From Peptococcaceae bacterium UBA5757 (lineage in GTDB: Bacteria > Bacillota > Dehalobacteriia > UBA4068), in the NCBI GenBank assembly GCA_002418965.1, contig DIFD01000022.1, forward strand, positions 142,070 through 206,069: DNA of 64,000 nt, read 5' to 3'. The notes beneath the pieces were generated by a model. The model ran no database searches and was not told the DNA's origin. It worked only from the letters and a program-made list of their open reading frames with translations. Each line of letters begins with the position of its first letter. The stretch's first letter is position 1. The position numbers and the translations under genes were made by a program. Shown here piece after piece: positions 49,948-59,674 of this stretch.

Positions 49948-51178
49948 CGTCCTCTTCTAGATAGGCAATATCCTGCTCTAAATCTTCCTCTCCGATCAAA
50001 TGATTAGCCTGTGATTGGGAAAGCTGGCTCACCTGGCGCAATTTGCGTTCGATGGTGCGTGTCTTGCGGGAGGCATCTTCGATGGTATGGCTGGCTTCGC
50101 TGAGTTTCTTTTGGGTTTTATCCAATAATTGGCCGAAACCGGCAAATCCGGTTTTTACAGCCCCTAAAAGCTGCCAGACTTCATCGGCTCTTTTTTCGAT
50201 GGCCAACGTGCGGAACCCCATCTGCAGACTATTTAGCAGAGCCGAAATGGTCGTCGGCCCCGCAAGCATAACACGGTAGTCCTGCTGCAAGGATTCGCTC
50301 AAGCCCGGGCGCTGCAACAGTTCTGAATACAACCCTTCTAAGGGGACGAATAAAACTGCGAAATCCGTCGTGTGAGGCGGCTGCAAATACTTTTCCTGCA
50401 CATCTTTGGCAAAAGATTTGACGCGCTGCTCTAAAGCCCTTCCCGCTAATTGAGCCGCTGTGGCATCACCGTCTTGCTGAGCCTGCAATAATACCTGATA
50501 ATCTTCCAACGGGAACTTGGCGTCGATGGGCAAATAGACGATCTGGTTTTCGTTTTTGCCCGGCAGACGGATGGCATACTCCACACGGTTATTCGGTTGG
50601 GACGGTTTGGTGGCAACATTGCAATCATATTGATCAATGGTCAGCATCTGTTCTAAAATGCTGCCCAACTGGACTTCTCCCCAAATGCCGCGAGTCTTGA
50701 CGTTGGAAAAAATCTTCTTTAAATCCCCCACGCCGGAAGCAAGCGTTTGCATTTCGCCCAAGCCCTGATGCACCTTTTCCAGCCGTTCGCTGACCTGACG
50801 GAACGATTCCCCAAGCCGCTTTTCCAGATTCTGGCTGAGCTTTTCATCCACAGTCAACCGCATCTCTTCGAGTTTCTTTTCATTGTTTTGCCGGATTTGC
50901 AGCAGGTTTTGTTCGATCTCGCGTCGGATGGTTTCCATGGTGGTACGGCTTGTTTCCATGCGCTGCTCGTTGGCCTGATTTAAGGCCATAAACTGACGCA
51001 ACAACTGCTCTGCGGTACTTTGCAAAGAATTGTTCAATTCCTGTCGCATCAATGTCATCTCTTCTTTAATCCGGCGTTCATTGGCTTCGAACGCATCCTT
51101 TTTGCTCCGGCTGGCCAATAAAACAATCAAGACCACAATCATCAAAGCTAAATTGATGCCCAAAAGAGTTGTCGTCAT
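49925..51178 (-). CDS. rmuC: DNA recombination protein RmuC
   Basis: 417 aa. N-terminal TM, long coiled-coil, RmuC C-domain. Confidence 0.85.
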   Translation of the reverse strand: MTTTLLGINLALMIVVLIVLLASRSKKDAFEANERRIKEEMTLMRQELNNSLQSTAEQLLRQFMALNQANEQRMETSRTTMETIRREIEQNLLQIRQNNEKKLEEMRLTVDEKLSQNLEKRLGESFRQVSERLEKVHQGLGEMQTLASGVGDLKKIFSNVKTRGIWGEVQLGSILEQMLTIDQYDCNVATKPSQPNNRVEYAIRLPGKNENQIVYLPIDAKFPLEDYQVLLQAQQDGDATAAQLAGRALEQRVKSFAKDVQEKYLQPPHTTDFAVLFVPLEGLYSELLQRPGLSESLQQDYRVMLAGPTTISALLNSLQMGFRTLAIEKRADEVWQLLGAVKTGFAGFGQLLDKTQKKLSEASHTIEDASRKTRTIERKLRQVSQLSQSQANHLIGEEDLEQDIAYLEEDGENQNEQ

Positions 51179-51318
51179 AGAAACCCTCCCGCCTGTCTTC
51201 CTTAATTCTGTTTTTAATTCGCTATTTATGCTGCTTTTTCCTTTTAAGATTATGGGCAGGAAGGAACGGGTGCTTGGATCACGAATTTAGACAATAAAAG
51301 TAGTTTGGGAGAAACGAT

Positions 51319-51753
51319 ATGCTGAAAGATTTGATCGCCCAAGGATTTGGTAATGAAGAAGATTATAACTGCGCCGAAAAGATCATCAACGGGGCAAACA
51401 TCGCCTACCAGTTGCATCTAACGCCGGATCAATGCCGTTTAATGGCAGGGTTTGGCGGCGGCATGGGCATCGGCAGCGTTTGCGGTGCACTGGCTTCCGG
51501 CGTGGCTGTCTTAAGCTATCTCTTTGTGCAAAAAAACGCCCATGAGAGTGATACCATCAAAAGGCTGACTAAGGATTTTCTTCAGTGCTTTGAACATAAG
51601 ATGGGTTCCATTATTTGCACGCCATTGAAAGAAGCCTATTATACAGAAGAAAAACATTGCAAAGATGTTATTTTTGCGGCGGCGGTTGCCCTGGATGAGG
51701 TCATTAACCAAGAAATGTCCAAGCAAAACACAATCAATTCGGAGGAAATATAA
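51319..51753 (+). CDS. C_GCAxxG_C_C family (putative redox-active) protein
   Basis: 144 aa. Motif ...SVCGALASGV... plus additional conserved Cys residues. Confidence 0.65.
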   Translation: MLKDLIAQGFGNEEDYNCAEKIINGANIAYQLHLTPDQCRLMAGFGGGMGIGSVCGALASGVAVLSYLFVQKNAHESDTIKRLTKDFLQCFEHKMGSIICTPLKEAYYTEEKHCKDVIFAAAVALDEVINQEMSKQNTINSEEI

Positions 51754-52361
51754 TGACAAAAGTTTTAGCCGTCATGGCCAGTCCTAAACCAGAGCACCTT
51801 TCGTTAAGCACAAGAATCTGTCAGTCCTTTCTTGATCAATACCAATCCCAAAATCCGCAAGATACCGTTTGGCAACTTGCTTTACACAAAACAAATTTAC
51901 CCCTAATCAACCAGGACACAATTGATTTTTTCGAGGCGCAAACACCGGCAAAAACCGGTGAACAATCTGCAATTGATGCGCTTTGCCAGCAATTTATCAC
52001 GGTGGATAAATATATTTTTGCTTTTCCCAACTGGAACTTGCTCTGTCCGGCAGACCTGGTCACTTATCTTTTATGTGTGGTGCGCGCCGGCAAAGCGTTC
52101 TCATACACACCGCAAGGTGTAGTCGGTTTGTTGCAAAACAAAAAAGCGCTGCTGATCATCTCTTCCGGCGGCTATTGTACGGACCACCCCTACGCCATTC
52201 CCTGTTTTGGCATCGATTGGCTGCAAAGGCTGCTTGCTCTCTGCGGCATTACGGATATTTCCCTTATGATTGCCCAGGGCGGCGAACAGCTCCCCGATCA
52301 GGCTGAACAAATCGAAGAAAAGTCACTAGGTGAAGCCCATGATTTGGCAACGGTCTGGTAA
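51753..52361 (+). CDS. flavodoxin-like fold FMN-dependent NAD(P)H azoreductase/quinone reductase (AzoR/AcpD-like)
   Basis: 202 aa. N-terminal KVLAVMASPK..., flavodoxin-like fold. Start overlaps the upstream stop (ATGA). Confidence 0.65.
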   Translation: MTKVLAVMASPKPEHLSLSTRICQSFLDQYQSQNPQDTVWQLALHKTNLPLINQDTIDFFEAQTPAKTGEQSAIDALCQQFITVDKYIFAFPNWNLLCPADLVTYLLCVVRAGKAFSYTPQGVVGLLQNKKALLIISSGGYCTDHPYAIPCFGIDWLQRLLALCGITDISLMIAQGGEQLPDQAEQIEEKSLGEAHDLATVW

Positions 52362-52403
52362 ACCCTCTCCGTTAAATGCTTTTTATATGCGGAGGTGTTA
52401 ATA

Positions 52404-52784
52404 TTGCAAGATGGAACAAAAAAAGGAATTCAGAAGTTTTTGTTTAGCCTTTTATTAACATTTAGTTGTTGGTCAATAGTTGTAGTTATTATAAGTATAA
52501 TTTCAATAATTATATGGTATTCTTCAGGGTACAATATCTATTGGGATAAGCCTTATAGTGATATCTATATATTTTTAAGATCTACAATTAATTGGTATGT
52601 TAAACCATCCACCATACTATACACTTTACTTTTTTCTTTTGCTGTTTGCATTGTATCGTCTATTTTATGGGCTTTTAAAGTGAATGGAAAACTTCATAAT
52701 ATACCAGGTAGATTTCAAAAAAGGTTATTAATTCTTAATATAATTAATTTTATTTTATGGTTTTGTTTAGCTTGTCTGCAATAG
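52404..52784 (+). CDS. small hypothetical 3-TM membrane protein encoded in a sharply AT-rich islet
   Basis: GGAGG + TTG start (the ORF-track start at 52395 is a GTG inside the SD). Three hydrophobic helices, no recognisable domain. Local GC visibly far below flanking genes. Confidence 0.4.
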   Translation: MQDGTKKGIQKFLFSLLLTFSCWSIVVVIISIISIIIWYSSGYNIYWDKPYSDIYIFLRSTINWYVKPSTILYTLLFSFAVCIVSSILWAFKVNGKLHNIPGRFQKRLLILNIINFILWFCLACLQ

Positions 52785-52807
52785 TTTAACTTTATTAATT
52801 AGCGATA

Positions 52808-52856
52808 AAGAAAAGAAGAGGGGCTTTAATCATCCTCTTCTTTTCTTTATTTTTCG
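52808..52856 (+). terminator. bidirectional rho-independent terminator (serves the AT-rich ORF and ksgA)
   Basis: gaaaagaagagg-ggctttaatcat-cctcttcttttc followed by tttatttttcg. Confidence 0.65.
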
Positions 52857-52857
52857 C

Positions 52858-53718
52858 TTATTGTGATTTTTTGTCGTATAGCTGGTTGGCCAGACAGACA
52901 AATTCCGCCAAAGTTAGCGTTTCACCCCTTCGTTTGCCATCGATGTCGCATTGTGTCAAAATTGGCTGCCATTGGGTTTTATCAGCCAACAAATTGCTGT
53001 TTGCCAGGCAATTGGCCAGCGTTTTTCTTCGTTGAGCAAAAGCTGCTTTAACCACCTGCCATAACAGATCTTCATCTATTGCTTTGTTTTGAGTCTCGGC
53101 CAATTTATCCAGACAGACAACGACGGATTCTACATTGGGCGGCGGTAAAAAAACATGCGGCAGTACAACAAATAATTGTTCCGCTTTGGTATAGTATTTT
53201 GCCATCAGGGATAATGGGCCATATTCCTTTGCTCCCAGAGGCGAAAAGAAGCGTTCTGCGGCCTCCTTTTGCATCATTAGGACTATTTTACCCCAACTTG
53301 CGTTTAGACGAAGCAAAGACAGCAGGATTGGCGTTGTAATATAATACGGCAAATTTGAAATGATTTTACAATTTTCATAACCGGATTCATGAATTTTTTG
53401 CACCCAATTTGATTTTAAGATGTCTCCCTGCAAAATTTCCACATTTGGGCAATCCGACATTTGTTTCTTTAAAACTTCTACCAGTCGTCCGTCTATTTCC
53501 CACAACAATAGCTTTTCCGGCCGGTAACTGCGGGCAATGATCTGGCTCAAAACACCGACGCCGGGACCGATCTCCAAAACACAATCGCCCGGTTCGATAT
53601 CTAAGGCGGCGACGATCTTTTGCGCTGTGGGTTCATCAATTAAAAAATTTTGACCCAATGATTTTTTTAAACGGATTTGATGTGCATCCAAAAGATGACG
53701 CGTTTGTAAAACGTCCAC
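52858..53718 (-). CDS. rsmA: 16S rRNA (adenine1518/1519-N6)-dimethyltransferase KsgA/RsmA
   Basis: 286 aa. SAM motif VLEIGPGVG, KsgA family. Confidence 0.95.
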   Translation of the reverse strand: MDVLQTRHLLDAHQIRLKKSLGQNFLIDEPTAQKIVAALDIEPGDCVLEIGPGVGVLSQIIARSYRPEKLLLWEIDGRLVEVLKKQMSDCPNVEILQGDILKSNWVQKIHESGYENCKIISNLPYYITTPILLSLLRLNASWGKIVLMMQKEAAERFFSPLGAKEYGPLSLMAKYYTKAEQLFVVLPHVFLPPPNVESVVVCLDKLAETQNKAIDEDLLWQVVKAAFAQRRKTLANCLANSNLLADKTQWQPILTQCDIDGKRRGETLTLAEFVCLANQLYDKKSQ

Positions 53719-53785
53719 AAGACCCGACCTTTCCGACTTTAATGCAATGTAAAAGCCGGTTTTACCCGGCTTTTACATTGCATTT

Positions 53786-54772
53786 TTATTTTAGTACATA
53801 AATTTTTACGGAACGGACTCCCCATTTGATACAGACAGATTCCGTCTCAAAATAGACATCGATCTTGTTTCCTTTGATTGAACCGCCGGTATCTTCTGCC
53901 GTCGCAAATCCATACCCTTCAACATAGACTTTGGTACCCAAAGGAATAACTTTCGGGTCAACGGCAATGGTCCCAACTTTGGGAACCGTTCCCGTCGCCG
54001 TATGGTAACCTGTATCCGTATAGGCTGTGGCGCTTACGACTAACGCCTTTTCGAAACTGAAACTCATCCCGCCACGGCTTGCTGTGGTGATCGTACCATA
54101 AGCAACCTTTTTAGGTTGGGCTTCGGTAACAACCGTTGAGGAAAGTATTTTGCTTGCCACCTGCACGCCGTCTGCCAAAGTAATCAAGAGTTGATTTTCT
54201 TTTACCCCTGCCTTCCCTTTGGATAGGGTCTTGGTAATTCCTTGTTCCAAAGTAGAATCGGACACACGTACGAGCGAAGGCGCAATCGCTTCTTTCTCTG
54301 TGATCACCTTTTCTTCTATGCGCACTACCCGTACTTTTTGTGCACCGGTAATGAGCGGGTTATATTCGGGATATACCTTATCTTTTTCGCCTAATGTTAT
54401 CCCTGCCAACTCCAAAACTTGGGAAACCGTTATCGGAATGCTGTGAACGGTTTGTTCGTTATTGTCGGCCATTACCGTAATATCAAATGCTTTTGTTACG
54501 GTCACTGTCTGACCGGATTCCAGTTTTGTATCCAAAGCGGGTTCTACTAAATCCGCCCCGTCTACTACGATTCCGTTCTCTTCCAATAATTCTGCTACAG
54601 TATCGGCTTTCGTCATCACTTCATACGTATTTTTATCAACTGCTAATGTTATATTCTTTTCCCAGAATAAACTTATTGCCAAAATTAAAAACATCAGTAA
54701 AGCGATGAAACATAAGATCAAAATCGGTACCAGACGAGCGGGGCGAGTATTTCTTGTCGCCCGAATCTCCAT
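53786..54772 (-). CDS. yabE: YabE-like cell-wall protein (TM + DUF348 + G5 + C-terminal 3D domain)
   Basis: 328 aa. C-terminal 3D domain (...TASGRGMSF..VAVDP.VIPLGTKVYVEGYG...D.GG.IKG..IDVY). Synteny tatD-yabE-ksgA. Confidence 0.8.
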   Translation of the reverse strand: MEIRATRNTRPARLVPILILCFIALLMFLILAISLFWEKNITLAVDKNTYEVMTKADTVAELLEENGIVVDGADLVEPALDTKLESGQTVTVTKAFDITVMADNNEQTVHSIPITVSQVLELAGITLGEKDKVYPEYNPLITGAQKVRVVRIEEKVITEKEAIAPSLVRVSDSTLEQGITKTLSKGKAGVKENQLLITLADGVQVASKILSSTVVTEAQPKKVAYGTITTASRGGMSFSFEKALVVSATAYTDTGYHTATGTVPKVGTIAVDPKVIPLGTKVYVEGYGFATAEDTGGSIKGNKIDVYFETESVCIKWGVRSVKIYVLK

Positions 54773-54948
54773 AAAATACCTCCTTGCAAGATTAAAGAGA
54801 ACAGCATCACTTTGATTGTCTGTTCTCAGGAATATGCTTGTATTCTACCGCACTTTAGATAAAGTTGTCAATTTTATCCATTTATCACAGGCGTTTTTGA
54901 TTTGGAAGCAATGTCTGATTTGTCAATTTATTTATTTTTATTCATCTG

Positions 54949-55728
54949 TCATACGCAATTTTTGATGCGGTAAACTCGAATAGCATTTTCCGTTGTCATC
55001 TTTGTGATTTGCTCTATATCTATGCCGCAAATCTCAGAAAGTTTCCTGGCAACCAAAGACACTCTGGCCGGTTCATTGTTTTTGCCGCGATATGGATGCG
55101 GTGAAAGATAGGGGCAATCCGTCTCGATTAAAAGATGTGCCAACGGTACTTTTTTTGCGACTTCCACCAAAGATCTGGCATTGGTATAGGTAATTGGTCC
55201 GGCAAACGAAATCTCAAACCCTAAACGCATACAGACTTCCGCCATTTCCCAACTACCGGAAAAACAGTGTATAATTCCTCCATTAACGCCGCCACGCTCC
55301 TGTTTTAAGATGCGCATGACATCGCCGTGAGCATCTCGATCATGGATAACGATCGGAAGCGACAATTCCCGCGCCAACTTAATTTGTTCGACAAAAGCAC
55401 GGATTTGGTCTTCTTTTGGCGACAAATTTCGGTAATAGTCCAAGCCGATTTCGCCGATTGCCACAACGTCGGCCGATCTTGCCAGCTCATAGATTTTTTG
55501 CGACATCTTTTCGTCCCAGATCTTGGCGTCATGGGGATGGATGCCGATTACGGCGTGGACCATATCGGGATATTTTTCCGCCAGGCGAACATTCATCAAA
55601 GAGGACGGCCAATCGTAACCGATGGAAGCAATGTGACCGACTCCGGCCTCCTTGGCCCTGGTTAAAACGTCCTCCAAGTCTTTATACAGTTCCGGGTCAT
55701 TCAAATGGGCATGCGAATCAAAAAGCAA
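54949..55728 (-). CDS. tatD: TatD family metal-dependent DNase (YabD)
   Basis: Start taken at TTG giving MLFDSHAHL... (matches YabD N-terminus), preceded by GAGGTG. The ORF-track start at 55770 lies inside the upstream structured element. Confidence 0.88.
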   Translation of the reverse strand: MLFDSHAHLNDPELYKDLEDVLTRAKEAGVGHIASIGYDWPSSLMNVRLAEKYPDMVHAVIGIHPHDAKIWDEKMSQKIYELARSADVVAIGEIGLDYYRNLSPKEDQIRAFVEQIKLARELSLPIVIHDRDAHGDVMRILKQERGGVNGGIIHCFSGSWEMAEVCMRLGFEISFAGPITYTNARSLVEVAKKVPLAHLLIETDCPYLSPHPYRGKNNEPARVSLVARKLSEICGIDIEQITKMTTENAIRVYRIKNCV

Positions 55729-55752
55729 TTCCGACACCTCTTTTTTTTGCTT

Positions 55753-56022
55753 AAGGCGAGGTAAGTGCAACTAATCTGCCTCGGCCTTGTTAGTCTGTGT
55801 TTTGCTTTGTTTTCGTCCTAGGCATACATAAATATGCCTTTCGTCCTCAACCTTGTAAACCGTAAATTTTCACGACGCCGACGGTCGGAGAGTTTTTAGC
55901 TCCTAGCCGTGCGTCAGGCAAGGCAGACGAAGCTGCTTTACCTATGGTAAGCAAGGAGGATAATGCCGCATTGCGTGCGGTTGGCATCTAAAAACCGGGT
56001 TGGGTTTGACTCCCCTTGCCTT
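55753..56022 (-). ncRNA. unclassified 270-nt structured RNA element / interspersed repeat, copy 2 (homologous to 10234-10503)
   Basis: Starts 5 nt after the metG stop and ends 12 nt before the tatD SD. Same hairpin order as copy 1, with compensatory substitutions: closing helix ggcgagg/ccttgcc with one G·U on the plus reading; gcag-acgaag-ctgc; gctttacc-tat-ggtaagc; ccgca-ttgcg-tgcgg. Confidence 0.45.
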
Positions 56023-56027
56023 AAAAT

Positions 56028-57977
56028 CTATTGTACTTTGGTTCCGGCAGGCATGGACGCAACTTCCAAGACTTCCAGGCGGTCTTTGCCCACGGCGGAA
56101 AGCAGCATGCCGTGTGATTCGATACCGCGGATGGTTCTGGGTTTAAGATTAGCGATCAAAATCAGATTCTTGCCCACCAAGTCTTCCGGCTCGTATTGCT
56201 CAGCGATCCCTGCCAAAACAGTTCTTTGCTCATCCCCTACCTGCAACAAAAACTGCAGCAGTTTATCGGCTTTGGGTACTTTTTTGCATTCCAGCACTTT
56301 GACCACACGTAAATCCAGTTTGGCAAAGTCCTCGATCGTAATCTCCTCACCAATGGGTGCAAATTCTTCTTTTATTACTTCTGTTTCTTCTTGAGACTGC
56401 GGTTCTTCTTCCACTACAATAGCCGCTTGTTCGTCGGCTTGCCAATCTATCCGGGGAAACAAAGGCTCCCCGCGGTCTATTTTAACGCCGACCGGGAACC
56501 GGCCCCAACTAAGACTATCCCAGGTCTGGACATCGGTATTGGCAACGATCCCTAATTGCTGCCAGACTCTCTGAGGCAAAGTGGGCATCACGGGCGTAAT
56601 CATAACCGTCACCAAACGGATGACCTCAGCCATATTGTACAAAACAGTTGCCAACTTCTCTTTTTCTTGCGCTTTATTGAGCGCCCAGGGGGCGGCATCA
56701 TCGATATATTTGTTGGCCTTATTCACGAGCTTCCAGACTTCCGCCAGCGCGCCCGCCCATTCCATATGATCCATTAGCTCTTCCACTTTTGCAGGCGTCA
56801 CTTTTGCCAGCTCGATCAAAGACGCGTCAAATTCAGTTCCCGGCCCCGCTGCCAGTACTTCACCGTTTTGAAATTTATTGAACATAGCGGTGGTTCGAGA
56901 AAGCAGATTGCCGTAATCGTTGGCCAGATCCACATTGATACGGCTGACTAAAGCCTCTTCCGAATAAGTGGCGTCGAGGCCATAGCCCATCTCTCTAATC
57001 AAAAAGTAACGGATGGCATCCACGCTGTATTTTTGTACCAAAATAACCGGATCGACCACATTGCCTTTGGATTTACTCATTTTGCCTTCGCCTAAAAGCA
57101 ACCAGCCGTGCGCCATCACTTTTTGGGGTAAAGGAATATCGGCGGCCATGAGGATAATGGGCCAGATGATGGTATGGAAACGGACAATATCTTTGGCCAT
57201 CAAGTGCACATCGGCGGGCCAGAATTTTTGATAAAGAGATTCGTCATCCGTATACAGTCCTAACGCAGAGACATAATTCAGCAAGGCGTCAAACCAAACG
57301 TAGATCACGTGCTTTTCATCAAACGGTACTTTAATGCCCCAATCGAAGGTAGTGCGGGATACGCACAGGTCTTCCAGCCCCTGTTTGACAAAATTAACCA
57401 TCTCGCTGCGGCGATTGGGCGGCTGGATAAAATCGGGGTTTTCTTCAATAAATTGCAGCCAACGATTGGTATATTTACTCATCTTAAAGAAATAGCTTTC
57501 TTCTTTGGTCAGCTCAGCCGGACGACCGCAGTCCGGACAGCAATGGGTTTCTCCCAATTGGCGTTCCGTAAAAAAGGTTTCGCAGGGCGTACAGTACCAA
57601 CCTTCATATTCGGCCTTGTAGATGTCGCCCTGGTCATAAATCTTTTGGAATATCTTTTGGGCAAATACTTTGTGGCGGGGTTCGGACGTACGCAAGAAAT
57701 CATCATATTCGATCTGCATGGTCTGCCACAAATCCTTGATCCCGGCCACGATCTCATCGACGAATAACTGGGGCTCTTTACCTGCCTCTTGAGCACGGCG
57801 CTGAATCTTTTGACCGTGTTCGTCTGTACCTGTTAAAAAATACGTTTCAAAACCCCGCATCTTTTTATAGCGCGTCATGGTATCGGCCGCCACCGTCGTA
57901 TAGGCATGGCCGATATGCAAATTACCGCTGGGATAATAGATGGGAGTGGTAATATAAAATGTAGGTTTTTGGTTCAT
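56028..57977 (-). CDS. metG: methionyl-tRNA synthetase with C-terminal EMAP/tRNA-binding domain
   Basis: Start MNQKPTFYITTPIYYPSGNLHIGHAY (HIGH motif) preceded by GGAGGT, KMSKS motif, C-terminal Trbp111-like domain. The ORF-track N-terminal extension to 58061 overlaps rsmI. Confidence 0.95.
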   Translation of the reverse strand: MNQKPTFYITTPIYYPSGNLHIGHAYTTVAADTMTRYKKMRGFETYFLTGTDEHGQKIQRRAQEAGKEPQLFVDEIVAGIKDLWQTMQIEYDDFLRTSEPRHKVFAQKIFQKIYDQGDIYKAEYEGWYCTPCETFFTERQLGETHCCPDCGRPAELTKEESYFFKMSKYTNRWLQFIEENPDFIQPPNRRSEMVNFVKQGLEDLCVSRTTFDWGIKVPFDEKHVIYVWFDALLNYVSALGLYTDDESLYQKFWPADVHLMAKDIVRFHTIIWPIILMAADIPLPQKVMAHGWLLLGEGKMSKSKGNVVDPVILVQKYSVDAIRYFLIREMGYGLDATYSEEALVSRINVDLANDYGNLLSRTTAMFNKFQNGEVLAAGPGTEFDASLIELAKVTPAKVEELMDHMEWAGALAEVWKLVNKANKYIDDAAPWALNKAQEKEKLATVLYNMAEVIRLVTVMITPVMPTLPQRVWQQLGIVANTDVQTWDSLSWGRFPVGVKIDRGEPLFPRIDWQADEQAAIVVEEEPQSQEETEVIKEEFAPIGEEITIEDFAKLDLRVVKVLECKKVPKADKLLQFLLQVGDEQRTVLAGIAEQYEPEDLVGKNLILIANLKPRTIRGIESHGMLLSAVGKDRLEVLEVASMPAGTKVQ

Positions 57978-58057
57978 ATTCTTACCTCCGGTTTGGCAAA
58001 AACGCACAGTACGGCGTTCGCCTGATTGATTCATTTTAGTATATCGTTTGCCCTTTG

Positions 58058-58903
58058 TCAAGGTTTGATTCCCAAGTCATATATGGTTTTTGCAGGCATG
58101 TCGTACTTTTGCGCCAGAATTTTTGCCGCTTGTTTACGGCTTTGCCCGTCTGTCATCAAATGTTGTAATTGGCTTAAAAGCTCCGGTTCATCCGGCTTCT
58201 GTGAGGTTCGCATTCGACCACCGGCTACGACCAAAGTAAACTCTCCCCGCGGTGGGTTCTCTTCAAAATGAGCAAGCACCTGCCCAATCGTACCACGTAC
58301 AGTTTCTTCATAGAGTTTGGTTAATTCCCGACCCGCAGCCATTTCCCGCTCACCGAAAATTTCAGACATATCCCGCAATACTGCAAGTAAACGGTGCGGC
58401 GCTTCATAAAAAACCAAGGTCCTTGTTTCATCCTGCAATGATAGTAATTGCTTGCGACGTGCTGATTTTTCACGCGGCAAAAAACCCTCAAAAGCGAAAC
58501 GTGCCGTATCCAGGCCGCTGCCTACCAAAGCCGTCAACATCGCATTGGCACCTGGGATCACCGTCACCAAAATACCGGCTGCAAGCGCTTCTTTGACCAA
58601 ATCAGACCCTGGGTCGCTGATACCGGGCATGCCGGCGTCAGATATTAAAGCGATGTTTTGCCCTTCTTTGAGCTTTTGCAGTAAGACAGGGCCTTTGATC
58701 ACTTTATTATGCTCATAGTAGCTGGTTAACGGTTTTTGGATGGCAAAATGATTGAGCAGATTACGGCTAGCGCGCGTATCTTCGGCCGCAACCAGATCCA
58801 CCTCACGCAAGATCCTTAAAGCACGCAAGGTGATATCTTCTAGGTTGCCGATCGGAGTAGCAACCAGATATAACATGCCGTATGGGCCAGCATTCCGGTT
58901 CAT
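58058..58903 (-). CDS. rsmI: 16S rRNA (cytidine1402-2'-O)-methyltransferase RsmI (YabC)
   Basis: 281 aa. Tetrapyrrole-methylase fold, LYLVATPIGNLEDITLRAL. Confidence 0.9.
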   Translation of the reverse strand: MNRNAGPYGMLYLVATPIGNLEDITLRALRILREVDLVAAEDTRASRNLLNHFAIQKPLTSYYEHNKVIKGPVLLQKLKEGQNIALISDAGMPGISDPGSDLVKEALAAGILVTVIPGANAMLTALVGSGLDTARFAFEGFLPREKSARRKQLLSLQDETRTLVFYEAPHRLLAVLRDMSEIFGEREMAAGRELTKLYEETVRGTIGQVLAHFEENPPRGEFTLVVAGGRMRTSQKPDEPELLSQLQHLMTDGQSRKQAAKILAQKYDMPAKTIYDLGIKP

Positions 58904-59661
58904 ACATATTCTCCCTCGTGAATCTTTTGCATTTCTTGTGTGTAAATACCCACTTCGCGATAGATAATCAAAGGCGGCATCACGGTTAAACTCCCTTGTT
59001 TTTTCTTTTGGGCCTGGAGTAAAAACAAGACGGCATCGTTGTCAATCATGGAATGCACCATACGTAACCGTATGGGATACAGGCCGTGTTCTTGCAAAAG
59101 AATCAGTAAATTGTTTAAGCGTTGCGGTTTATAACAAAGCAGTAAACTTCCGTTTTCTTTCAAAAGAACGGAAGATTGACGGATGACATCCTCAGGCTTG
59201 CAATAAAGCTCCGAACGAGCAGCGGCAAAAAGAGGATTTTCGCTGAGACGTCCGTCTTTGAGAGCAAAGTAAGGCGGATTAGCCGTCACCAAGTCAAAAC
59301 TCCTGGGTTTAAACAGTTGGTCGCTATCCCGCAGGTCAGCATGAATCACTTTGACTTGATCTTCCCCGATGCCGTTTAAAGCGACGCTACGCTGGGCCAT
59401 ATCGGCCATCTGTTCCATAATTTCCACAGCCCAAAATTTTGCCTTTTGATTGACGGTATAAAGCAAAAGCGGGAGTATGCCCGTTCCGGTACCCAAATCC
59501 AAAACATAGGGGGATGCTTGCTGTTTGATCACAGGCAAAGCAAAATCAGCCAGTAAGACGGCGTCTAAACAAAAACAAGGGGCAGTGGCATTTTGAATGA
59601 TCTTCAGCCCACCCCAGTTGAGGGTTTCAACTCTTTCCGGCAAGCTAACGATACTATCCAA
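58900..59661 (-). CDS. SAM-dependent methyltransferase YabB (tRNA m6A37 TrmN6-like)
   Basis: 253 aa. DLGTGTG SAM motif and NPPY/TANPPYF catalytic motif. Confidence 0.8.
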   Translation of the reverse strand: MDSIVSLPERVETLNWGGLKIIQNATAPCFCLDAVLLADFALPVIKQQASPYVLDLGTGTGILPLLLYTVNQKAKFWAVEIMEQMADMAQRSVALNGIGEDQVKVIHADLRDSDQLFKPRSFDLVTANPPYFALKDGRLSENPLFAAARSELYCKPEDVIRQSSVLLKENGSLLLCYKPQRLNNLLILLQEHGLYPIRLRMVHSMIDNDAVLFLLQAQKKKQGSLTVMPPLIIYREVGIYTQEMQKIHEGEYV

Positions 59662-59674
59662 AGTTTTCCCTCCC

